Below the pieces are notes generated by a model. It was not told the DNA's origin. It did no database searches and saw nothing but the letters and a program-made list of their open reading frames with translations. Both the position numbers and the translations under genes were made by a program. Shown one piece after another: positions 49,400 to 60,719 of a stretch of DNA of 64,000 nucleotides (positions are counted from its first letter, which is position 1; every line of letters begins with the position of its first letter). This DNA is from Mobula birostris (Eukaryota): NCBI RefSeq assembly GCF_030028105.1, contig NC_092370.1, positions 32,994,643 to 33,058,642 on the forward strand, given 5' to 3'.

Positions 49400-51995
49400 A
49401 TCAGGTCCACTACCCGAGGATAAAAGGTCAGTACAGCGAAAAAGAGCATTGACTAACAACCAATCAGCATTTTGGATTGACTAGCAAGAGCAAATTAAGG
49501 AAAGCCAGGGCAAGCTAAGCGCCTATCGTCGGACCGGCTGTCAAATGGGTGGACATAGAGTGTGATCTTGAGGCTTCAGTCAGAGAAAGCAAAGGAAAGC
49601 TCAAGTTTTTTTCCTTCTCTTCTTTATATCTGCTCAGCTACGACTGTAGAGATGACAGGCGGGATACCTGACTGCTCTCCTTGCAGGATGTGGGAAGGGA
49701 GGGAGATCTCGAATGTCCCTGGCGACTACAACTACAAGAAGTTCACCCTGCTACAGCTTCTGACAATCTGTATTAAAGAGTTGGAGCTGGAGTCGGAGCT
49801 AGAACTGGATGAACAGCAGATCACTCAGAAGGCTGTGGTGGTGATAGATAGGACATGTAGAGAAGTAGTTACACCTACAGGTAGTTAGCAATATGGTGGA
49901 AGTACTGGATGTCAGGGGTCATGAAGTGTATGAAGTACCATAACGAGAGAGAAGGTTGAAACTGAAAGGTCTGAAGGTAGCTAACTCACCTGGACTAGAT
50001 GCTGTACACACCAGATTTCTGAAAAAGGTGGCTGTAGAAATCGTGGAGGCATTAGTAATGATTTTTCAAAAATCACTAGATTCTCAGGTGGTTCCAGACG
50101 ACTGGAAAATTGCAAATGTCACTCCACTCTTCAAGAAGGCAAAGAGACAGAAGAAAGAAAACTATTGGTCAGTTAGTCTGACCTCAGTGGTTGGGAAGCT
50201 GTTGGAGTTGGTTATTGAGGATGAGGTCTCAGGGTACTTGGAGGCACATGATAAAATAGGCCACAGTTAGCATGGCTTCCTCAAGGGACAATTTTGCCTG
50301 ACAAACCTGGTGGAATTTTTTTTAAAGAAATAACAAGCAGGATAGACAAAGGAGAAATGGTTGATGTTGTGTACTTGGATTTCCAGAAGGCCTTTGACAT
50401 GGTGCCACGTATAAGGCTGCTTAACAAGCTACGAGCCCATGGTACTACAGGAAAGATTCTAGCATGGACAAAGCAGTGGCTGATTGGCAGAAGGCAAAGA
50501 GTGGGAATAAAGGGAGCTTTTTTGGCTGGCTGCTGCTGACTGGTGATGTTCCACAGGGGTCTGTGTTGGGTCTAATTCTTTTTATGGGATGATGGAATTG
50601 ATGGCTTTTTTGCAAAGTCTGCCAACGATATGAAGATAAGTGGAGGGGCAGGTAATTTTGAGGAAGTAGAGAGGCTACAGAAGGACAGACAGATTAGAAG
50701 AATGGGCAAAGAAATGGTAGATGGAATTCAGTGTTGGGAAGTGTATGGTCATGCACTTAGGTAGAAGAAATGAAAGAGTAAACTATTTTCTAAAAGGAGA
50801 GAAAATACAGAAACGCTGACGTGCAAAGGGACTTGGGAGTCCTTGTGCATGGTTTCCTAAGTGTTAATTTATAGATTGAGTCTTTGTTGAGGAAGGCAAA
50901 TGCAATTTTAGCATTCATTTCAAGAGGACTAGAATATAAAAGCAAGGATGTAATGTTGAGACTTTATAAAGCCTGGTGAGAAACATAGAAACATAGAAAA
51001 TAGGTGCAGGAGTAGGCCATTCGGCCCTTAGAGCCTGCACTGTCATTTATTATGATCACAGCTGATCATCCAACTCAGAACCCTGCTCTAGCTTTCCCTC
51101 CATACCCCCTGATCCCAGTAGCCACAAGGGCCATATCTTACTCCCTCTTAAATATAGCCAATGAACTGGCCTCAACTGTTTTCTGTGGCAGAGAATTCCA
51201 CAGATTCACCACTCTCAGTGTGAAGAAGTTTTTCCTAATCTCGGTCCTAAAAGGCTTCCCCTTTATCCTGGCTGTATTTAGAATATTGTGAGCAGTTTTG
51301 GGCCCCTTATCTTAGAAAGGATGTGCTGAAACTGGAGAGAGTTCAAAAGAGGTTCATGAAAATGATTCTGGGATTGAATGGCTTGTCATATGAAGAACGT
51401 TTGATGGCTCTTGGCCTGTATTGACTGGAATTTAGAAGAATGAGGGGTGACCTCATTGAAACTGATCAAATGGTGAAAGGCATTAATAGTGTGTAAGTTG
51501 AGATGGTGCTCCCTATGGTGGGAGAGTCTAAGACCAGAGGACACAGCCTCAGAATAGAGGGGCGTCCTTTTACAGTGGAGATAAGGAGGAACGCCTTTAG
51601 CCAGAAAGTGATGAATTTGTGTAATTCTTTACCACAAGCAGCTGTGAAGGTCAAATCTTTATGTATACTTAAGCAGAAATTGATAGATTCTTGATAGTTC
51701 AGGACATGAAGGGATATGGAAATAAGGAGGAGATTGGGGCTGAGAGGAATATTGGATCAGACATGATGAAATGGCGGAGCAGACTCGATAGTCTAAGTAG
51801 CCTAATTCTGCTCTTATATCTTATGTTCTTATGGTCATTTGGGAAGCATTTGGAAAAGGATGTGGAGGTGCAGGGCTTAGAAGGGTATGGGCTTAAATGC
51901 AAGAAACTGGGACCAGCTGAGTGGGCACAGTGGTTGACATGATCTGTTTGTGCCAAAGGGCCTGTATCCATGCTGTATTGCTCTGAAACTCCAAA
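49400..51995 (+). mobile_element. Internally deleted CR1 (ORF1 start joined to RT) with nested antisense CR1 3' end (50981-51268)
   Basis: CSPCRMWE..PGDY..LQLL..IKELELE (ORF1 zinc finger/zipper) jumps near 49885 to LKGLKVANSPGLD and YLDFQKAFD. Confidence 0.85.
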
Positions 51996-53549
51996 CAAGT
52001 TAGTGTAGTAATTATGTTTTTATTGTTTTCAGACACATAACAGATGTGTACCATGTCCAGGCACAAGGTCCTGGACCTTCACTTCAACAGTGTATTAGTC
52101 TACTCTGTTTATCAGATGAGCCTGCCAGCTGCCTACAATCTATTTAAGATTGATTTAAACATGGAAAGGTTTTAGCACCTTTTACAGGATTGTCTGCAAA
52201 ACTCTTGAAAAAGTGAGTGGACCATGTACCATGCAAGCGTGTACCAGTGCACCCACTATCCGTAAAATGCTGTGGAAGAAAGCATAGGGAAGGTGTCTTG
52301 GTTGTATCTTCTGTGGACCATTTGTTGAAGTGTAAGTACAGGATTCTATGCCTGGGCATGAGGTATTAGAGAATTCCTCCCAGCGATACAGCACAACTAT
52401 TGATTTCTCTCAGCCTGATAGTGGTCTTTTTGCATGTACTCAATGTGTTGGAAATTTGCAGTGTAAATTTAGGACTCCTTAGATCCCAAAAATATGGCAA
52501 ATTTAGCTTCCTACACACAGTGAGAATGTTTAATGTATGAACCCTAGTTACACATTTACCTATTGGGACTAATTACTATTCATGCACAGTAAAGTCACCA
52601 GTCTTCTCCCCATCGGTTGCTCATCTATGAGTATTGCTCCCACGTTCCAGTGTTACCAATGCTCTTGCTGTCTGGCTCGGCATGAAGTATTGAGCCATTG
52701 TCATGCCCCGCTGGTAGGGTTGCCAAATTTGCACTTTAAAAATAAGGGACGGTTTTCTCAGTATGTTACTGCCAAAAGTAGTGTTTGACAGCTTTGACAG
52801 CCAGCTTGTCAGGAGGTGTGGCTTAGCCAGCTGTCAAAATATTTTGTGGGTCACAATGAAAGGTCCATCCCAGCTGGCAGCAGATGTCAGCACTGGGAGA
52901 ATTGTTCCAGTAGCAGTTTAAATGTATCTCAGAAGTCAGCAATGAGCAGGCCTTGTTAACTGTTGACAATAAAATCCTGGGGCACTGTGTCTTTCAAATG
53001 ATATCAGGCCAAATACAGTGCCCAAGTCTTTGTAGGTCAATGGACTGATTTGGGAAAATTATACAAAAGGCATTCTGTACAAAGTGTCATATAGGCCAGC
53101 CAGTTTCTAATCTAAATATGGGGTCTCTTTTCAAATTTGCAGCTATTGGCAAACCACCTTCCCAGTCAATACTCAATCTTGACAAATACATGTCCTGACA
53201 CTCTTTTTTCCTTGTCCTCCAGGCACTGTGTAATGTCATTAGAAATTACATCATTCACAATTTTAATGTATAGCAGGCGTGTAACAAGCCACCTGTGACC
53301 GCATCTATTTTATAATGCATAACAATGTTCCTTAGCAACTTCATTTTGTCAGATCATGAGGTATTTGATTAGTGTAAAGTATATGTACTCAGAGAACCCA
53401 TAACCTTTAATGAAGTCCATTGCAGCCTGTACAGACTTATGCCTGTGAGACATGAAGACGTCAAACAATGTGTTTGTAGCTTATTCAAAGACTCTCTTTG
53501 GACTGCACTTGCGTACGGTATTGCACATATTACTTAATATATCATAAGA

Positions 53550-55200
53550 TATGTTAACACATATTGACTTACCCACTACATTCCACATTAGTAGGGTATA
53601 AATGCCCTCAACTTTATCCTTGAGCAGAGACCTAGCCAGTTCCCCTCCTCCAACACATTCATTCACCTGGCTGAACTTGACCTAACATTGAATTACTTCT
53701 TGAACTCATTTCTCCAAATTGAAGGTTACATGTTATATGTTAGTTACATGGGCTAAAGCTATACCTATCTTTTTGTGGGTTACATGTTTTGATTGTAATT
53801 GGGGACCACTCCATCAACATTTTTTTTTCAATACAGTGACGACTGCATTGTTTTCACTTCATGCATTTATACAAAATTTGAAAAGTTTATTCCTTTTACT
53901 TGCTCTCACCTCAACAGGGTCTGTCTCTAACCCTTCCCTTTCTGGATCTCAGAGAATAAGCTGGCCACAACCATCTATTACAAGCCCACAGACTCCCATA
54001 GCTACTTAATCCTGTAAGGATTCCATTCCTAGTTTCTCTGTTTTCATTGCATTTTCTCTGACAATGAGACACTACCTTTGAAATGTATTTTTTCATCCTG
54101 AACCATGGCTTCCCCACTGCCCTAATAGATATATCCCTGAACTGTATCTCATTTATTTCCCATACTCTTGATCTCACCCCTTGTCTGAACCTTATGTGCC
54201 AGATCATCATTTGAAAGTTTTGCTAGATCCATCAAGGTCCCACCTTAGCAATACGATGGTGTGCCAAGTAATTAGCACATTTCTCCCTTCCCAACTCCCA
54301 GGTCTATTCTTCTGTCTCCACCAACTTTTCTCTGTGGAACGCTCCCACGCAGCAGCATGAGATGCAATGTCTGTCGTTGCACTTCTTCCTATCATCCAAG
54401 GACTGGAACAGACTTTCCAGGTGAAGCAGCAACTCACCTGTAGCTTTCCAAGCTCGTCGACTGCACTCATAGTCACAATGTGGCCTCCTGTACACTAAGG
54501 AAACCAAATGCAGACTGGGTGATCATTTTGCAAAGCGCCTGTGTGCTGTCCATACAAGTAATGCTGAGCATCCAGTTGCTGGCCACTTTAATTAACCATC
54601 CTCCTCCAATCTAATCTTTCTATCTGTGGCCTCTTACACAACTATACTGAAGCCCTATGCAGGCTCGAGGGATGACATCTCATCTACCTGGGCATGCTGC
54701 AGTTTTCTGAGCTCAATACTGAACTCTCCAACATTATCACGCTTTTGTTTTCCTGTCTGTATCAGAAATAGTGCCTATCATCAGTTTATTTTATTTTGTG
54801 TATTTTGCGATACTACATGGAAACAGGCCCAACAAGACCGCACTGCCCAATTACACCTATTGTGACCAATTAATTGGTTTGGTTGTTTTATTTTGTGTAT
54901 AGACTAGCCTGTTGGCCATGTACCACAACCTCATTATTAGCAACACATCACACTGACAAAGAATCATAATGTCTTTGTAACTTCACCCATTAACCTGTTC
55001 GTATTCATCCTTTCAGGGATATTACCTTTGTTCTGCCCATCATACCTCCACCTACTCTGCCATTGAAAACTGACTTGTTCTGCTGTTTTCCTCAGGTCTG
55101 CCACAAGGTCCCAGTCCTGAAAGGTTAACTGTTCTCTTTCTGTGGATGCTGCCTAACTTGACTTTCATGAGTGTTTCAAGCAATTTCTCTTTACCAATTC
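53550..55200 (+). mobile_element. Old PLE with RT and GIY-YIG remnants
   Basis: TIPH..ALNFILEQRP, HFLQIEG..MG.SY..LFVGY, YKPTDSHSYL, SQCGLLYTKETKCRLGDHFA, PVAGHFN; terminal-repeat remnant near 55095-55200. Confidence 0.75.
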
Positions 55201-55356
55201 CTCCACTATTTCCTTTTCTCTTATAAAGCATGTAAATCAATTAAATATTTGTTAATTTAACCAACTCAAAGTATTTTTGATGTGTAAAGATCTCAGTAGT
55301 ACTAATGTGCTTTGTGTTCAGTTTGCATACTTACCAGATATCGTTAGAATGTCGTA

Positions 55357-55850
55357 AACACGAGAAATTCTGCAGATGCTGGAAATCTAAAGCAACACAT
55401 ACAAAATGCTGGAGGAACTCAGCAAGTCAGGCAGCACCTATGGAAATGAATTAGCAGTTAACTTTGGGCTGAAGCTCTTCTTCAGGACTGGAAAGAAAGG
55501 TGGAAGGCAACAGGATAAAAAGGTGGGAGAGAGGAAGGAGGATGGCTAGAAGATGAAAGATAAAGGGCTGAAGTCTGATAGGACAGGGGGGTGGACCATA
55601 GGAGAAAGTGAAGGAGGAGGGGATCCAGAGGGACATCCCCTCCCTCTTCTTTTATTCCAATTCTGACCCCTTGCATCTTTTCATCTGCCTATCACCTCCC
55701 CCGGATACCCCCCCCCCACTTCTCCTATGGTGCACTCTCCCCTCCTATCAAATTCCTTTCTCTCCAGCCCTTTACCTTTCCCACCCACCTGGTTGCACCT
55801 ATCACTGTCTAGCTATCATTCTCTCCCTCCCCCCACCTTTTTATTCTGGC
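55357..55850. mobile_element. Inverted PLE terminal-repeat pair, right arm cut by CR1
   Basis: Minus arm 55357-55632 (CTGAAGA core, GAAA mutated) followed by plus-strand CT-rich arm to 55850. Confidence 0.8.
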
Positions 55851-57898
55851 AGGTACATTCCAATGAGGCAGGGGAAGGATGGGAGGGGACAGGAACCGTG
55901 GTGTACAAAGGCTGTTGAAAATCTAGTCACGAAGAAAAGAAAAGCTTACGAAAGGTTCAAAAAAATAGGTAATGATAGATATAAGGCTAGCTGGAATAAG
56001 TTTAATATTGAAAGTAGGAGAGCCAGAAGGGGCCATGAAAAGGCCTTAGCGAGCAGGATTAAGGAAAACCCCAATGCATTCTACAAGTATGTGAAGAGCA
56101 AGAGGATAAGACGTGAAAGAATAGGGCCAATAAAGTGTGACAGTGGAAAAGTGTGTATGGAACCGAGGTGGTAGCGGAAGTACTTAATGAATACTTTGCT
56201 TCAGTATGTACTACGGAAAAGGACCTTGGCTATTGTAGGGATGAATTACAGCAGATTGAAAAGTTTGAGCATATAAACATTAAAAAAGAGGATGTGCTGG
56301 AGCTTTTGGAAAGCATCAAGTTAGATAAATCTCCAGGACCGGATGAGATATTCCCCAGGCTACTATGGGAGGCAAGAAAGAGATTGCTGATACTCTGGCA
56401 ATGATCTTTACATCATCAATGGGGACGGGAGAGGTTCTGGAGGATTGGAGGGTTGCAGATATTGTTCCCTTATTCAAGAAAGGGAGTAGAGATAGCCTAG
56501 GAAATTATAAACCAGTGGGTCTTACTTCAGTGATTGGTAAGTTGATGGAGAAGATCCTGGGAGGCAGGATTTATGAACATTTGGAGAGGCATAACATGAT
56601 TAGGAGTAGTCAGCTTGGCTTTGTCAAAGGCAGGTTGTGTCTTACGAGCCTGACTGTATTTTCAGAAGTTGTGCCTAAACACATTGATGAAGGTAGAGCA
56701 GTGGATGTAGTGTATATGGATTTCAGCAAGGCATTTGATAAGGTACCCCATGCAAGGCTTATTGAGAAAGTAAGGAGGCATGGGATCCAAGGGGACCTTG
56801 CTTTGTGGATCCAGAATTGGCTTGCCCACAGAAGGCAAAGAGTGGTTGTAGACGGGTCATATTCTGCATGGAGGTCAGTGACCAGTGGTGTGCCTCAGGG
56901 ATCTGTTCTGGGACCCCTTCTCTTTGTGATTTTCATAAATGACCTGGATTAAGAAGTGGAGGGATGGGTTAGTAAATTTGCTGATGACACAAAGGTTGGA
57001 TGTGTTGTGGATAGTGTGGAGGGCTGTCAGAGGTTACAGCAGGACATTGTTAGGATGCAAAACTGGGCTGAAAAGTGGCAGATGGAGTTCAACCTAGATA
57101 ATTGTGAGGTGGTTCATTTTGGTAGATCAAATATGATGGCAGAATATAGTATTAATGGTAAGACTCTTGGCAGTGTGGAGCATCAGAGGGATCTTGGGGT
57201 CCGAGTCCATAGGACACTCAAAGCTGCTGCGCAGGTTGACTCTGTGGTTAAGAAGGCATACAGTGCATTGGCTTTCATCAGCCGTGGGATTGAGTTTCAG
57301 AGCCGAGAGGTAATGTTACAGCTATATAGGACCCTGGTCAGACCCCATTTTGAGTATTGTGCTCAATTCTGGTCACCTCACTACAGGAAGGGTGTGGAAG
57401 CTATTGAAAGGGTGCAGAGGAGATTTACAAGGACGGTGCCTGGATTGGTGAGCATGCCTTATGAGAGTATTATGCCTTATTAGATTGAGTGAACTTAGGC
57501 TTTTCTCGTTGGAGTGATGGAGGATGAGAGATGACCTGATAGAGTTGTATAAGATGATGAGAGGCATTGATTGTGTGAATAGTCACAGTCTTTTTCCCAG
57601 GGCTGAAATGGCTGACATGAGAGAGCACAGTTTTAAGGTGCTTGGAAGTAGGTATAGAGGAGATGTCAGGGGTAAGTTTTTTACATAGAGAGTGGTGAGT
57701 GTGTGGAATGGGCTGCCGGCGACAATGGTGGAAGCAGATATGATAGGGTATTTTAAGAGACTTTTGATAGGTACATGGAGCTTAGAAAAATAGAGGGCTA
57801 TGGGTAACCCTATGTAATTTCTAAAGTAAGTACATGTTCAGCACAGCATTGTGGGCCGAAGGGTCTGTATTGTGCTGTAGGTTTTCTATGTTTCTATG
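55851..57898 (+). mobile_element. 5'-truncated CR1 (second subfamily), ~2 kb
   Basis: [46 protein letters not shown]; ttctatg tail. Confidence 0.93.
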
Positions 57899-58179
57899 TG
57901 TTTCATCTGCTTGCTTTGTTTCATGGCCATTCCTCCCAGTTTCCTTGCATATTGGACCGAACAAAGCTCAGGTATGTTCTGTGTCTTCTATACAACAGGA
58001 GACTGTTACTGTGCAGAGTCGTGGTGTTCAATAACTTTGTCTGTGTTTCATAGTGAATTAGTGGATTAATTGCATAGATTGTTGCTTTGATATCTCCTGA
58101 ACTGTGTGAACTGTGTCTCCTATTTGAATCTGGCTGGTAAGAACAAGTGATATTAGGTTTTAATCCATTATGAATGCAA

Positions 58180-59648
58180 TGTTAACATTCATTTCGAAAG
58201 GACAAGAATAAAAAAACCAGCTTGTAATGCTGAAGTTTGATAAGGCATTGGACAGACTGCACTCGGAGTATTGTGAGCAGTTTTAAGACCATAAGAGATA
58301 GGAGCAGAATTAGGCCATTTGACCCATCAAGTCTGATCCACCATTTCATCATGGCAGATCCAGTTTTTCCTCTCAGCCCCAATCTCATGCCCTGACCAAT
58401 CACACACCTATCAATCTCTGCCTTAAATATACATTAAGGTTTGGTGTCCACAGCTGCCTGTGGCAAAGAATTACACGGATTCACCACTCTCTAGCTAAAG
58501 AAATTCTTTCTCATCTCCGTTCTAAAAGCACAGCCCTGCATTCTGAGGCTGTGTCCTCTGATCCTGGACTCTCCCACCATAGAAAACATCCTCTCCGCAT
58601 CCACTCTATTTGATAGGTTTTGGTGAGGTCACCTCTCATTCGTCTGAATTTCAGTGAATCCAGGCCCGGAATGATCAAACGATCTTCATATGACAAGCCA
58701 TACAATCCTGGAATAATTTTTGTGAACCTCCGTTGAACCCTCTCCAGTTTCAGCACATCCTTTCTAAGATCAGGGGCCCAAAACTGTTCAAAATAGTACA
58801 GTGTGAGGGCTCACTGGTGCTTTATAAAGTCTCAACGTTATATCCTCGCTTTTATATGCTAGTCCTCTTGAAATGAATGCTAACATTGCATTTACCTTCC
58901 TCACCACAGACTCAACCTGCAAATTAGCCTTTAGGGAATCCTGCACAAGGACTCCCAAGTCTCTTTCAACCTCAGCTTTTTGTATTTTTTCTTTTTTTAG
59001 AAAATAGTCACCCCTTTAATTTCTTCTGCCAAAGTCATAACCGTGCACTTCCCAACACTGTATTCCATCTGCCATATCTTTGCCCTTTCTTTTGGGCCCC
59101 TTATTGAAGAAAGGATGTGCTGTCATTGGAGAGTGCCCAGAAGAGGTTCACAAGAATAATCCCAGGACTGAAAGAATTGATGTATGCAGAGCATCTGATG
59201 ACACTGGCCCTGTACTTGCTGGTGTTCAGAAGACTGACAGGGAATCCCATTGAAACTTATCAAATACTGAAAGGCGTAGATGGAGTGGATGATGGGAGAG
59301 TGCTTCCTACAGTGGGGGAGTCTAGTACCAGAGGGCACTGCCTCAAAATAGAAGAACATCTCTTTAGAACAGATGAGGAAGAATTTCTTAAATCAGAGAA
59401 TGCAAATCTGTGGAAATTTCACGCCATGAGCTGGTGATAATAAAGCTGCTTCTGATTCTAATCCTGAATTCATTGCCACAGACGGCTGTGGAGGCCAAGT
59501 CATCGGTTATATTTAAAACAGAAATTGATAAGTTCTTGATTGGTCAGGGCATCAAAGATTACAGGGAGAAGGCAGGAGAATGGGGTTGAGGGGGATAAGT
59601 CAGCCACAATGGAATGGCAAAGTCGACTCGATGGGCTTATGTCTTATA
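58180..59648 (+). mobile_element. CR1 3' fragment split by nested antisense CR1 (58286-59090)
   Basis: Host breaks at gtgagcagtttt and resumes ttttgggcccc; insert carries ORF 58511-58756. Confidence 0.85.
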
Positions 59649-59649
59649 A

Positions 59650-60715
59650 ATTGCTCAATCTGAAGCAATCTGAACCGTGGACTATTGTCTGATACACCTT
59701 GTTTAAGACCATGTGTGGCAAAGATAGATTTTAATTCCCTTATTGTGCTTTGGAGGTGGTGTGTGGTCCGATGTCCAATTAAATTAGATTAGTTTATTGT
59801 CATGTTCGCCAGGGTGCAATGAAATTCCTGGTTCACATGAAGCTCAGAGGATAAACACTATACATGGATTAACTATTGGGATCTTTTTCACAATGATCTG
59901 TATTGAACTGCTGTAATTGACTTGGGTGCCACTTCTACACCTGCAGTATTGGTTTTTTGGTTGTGTTCTACAAATCTGATATACTAAACGTCTGCTGGCT
60001 AGGTTTTCTGTGTTTGTGTCTATGCTAATGTAACCAACCTTCATATTAACTATATTAACTGAACTTTAAAGAAAGAAAGGTAAGCTTTTTTTTGTCACAT
60101 CTACACCAAAACATCCAGTAAAATGTGCTGTTTGCATCAAGGACCAACAAACTCTAATGCACTGGGGGCACCCCATAACAGTAGTCACACTTCTGGCACC
60201 ATTATAGCATGCCCACAACTCACTAATCCCAACTCACCTGTACATCTTTGGATTGAGGGAGGAAAGCAGAAGACATGGAGGAAAGCTGCACGGTCGTGGG
60301 GAGAATGTACAGACTCCTTACAAGCAGTGTTGGAACTGGATCAATGACTGCTGGTGCTGTAAAGCTAACCATTACGCTACCGTGCCACCCCCTTAATTTC
60401 AGTGTTCTGCATAATCTTTCATGAATCCTTTTATTGTAATATCCTCGTAAGCTAGTTTCAAAAAGGCATGTTTAGATGCTCTTTATCAATGTTATAGTCA
60501 TACTGAGATGCGGGATGACTCATTTTTACATTTTTGATACCACAGTTACTAAAGCCAAGTTGGCGCTGATGAACCATGGCGATGTGTTGCGGCTGCTTAC
60601 TAACTTCTGAATATACTTCTGAATTACTCTTACTGCAGTTTGCAGTCTGTAATTTCCCTTTAAGCAACGTACTTTTGAACTCCCTTAATGAACTAGCGAT
60701 TTCACAATCTTCTAA
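59650..60715 (-). pseudogene. Condensed Gypsy gag-pol relic
   Basis: gag-like STLLKGK..SEVSKQ and degenerate zinc knuckle; ITAVQ..KKDP-like linker; integrase STIRELKSIFATHGLKQGVSDNSPRF (~59672-59755). Confidence 0.65.
60085..60392 (-). mobile_element. V-SINE variant with non-CR1 3' tail
   Basis: Head gggtggcacggtagcgtaatggttagc and V-domain like 15735/16697, but a different 3' half ending gatgtgacaaaaaaaagc. Confidence 0.7.
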
Positions 60716-60719
60716 AAGA

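Noticed and set aside
52030-52490. Stop-poor frames with acceptor-like sites on both strands
   Set aside because: In-frame stops remain and no family motif was recognised with confidence.
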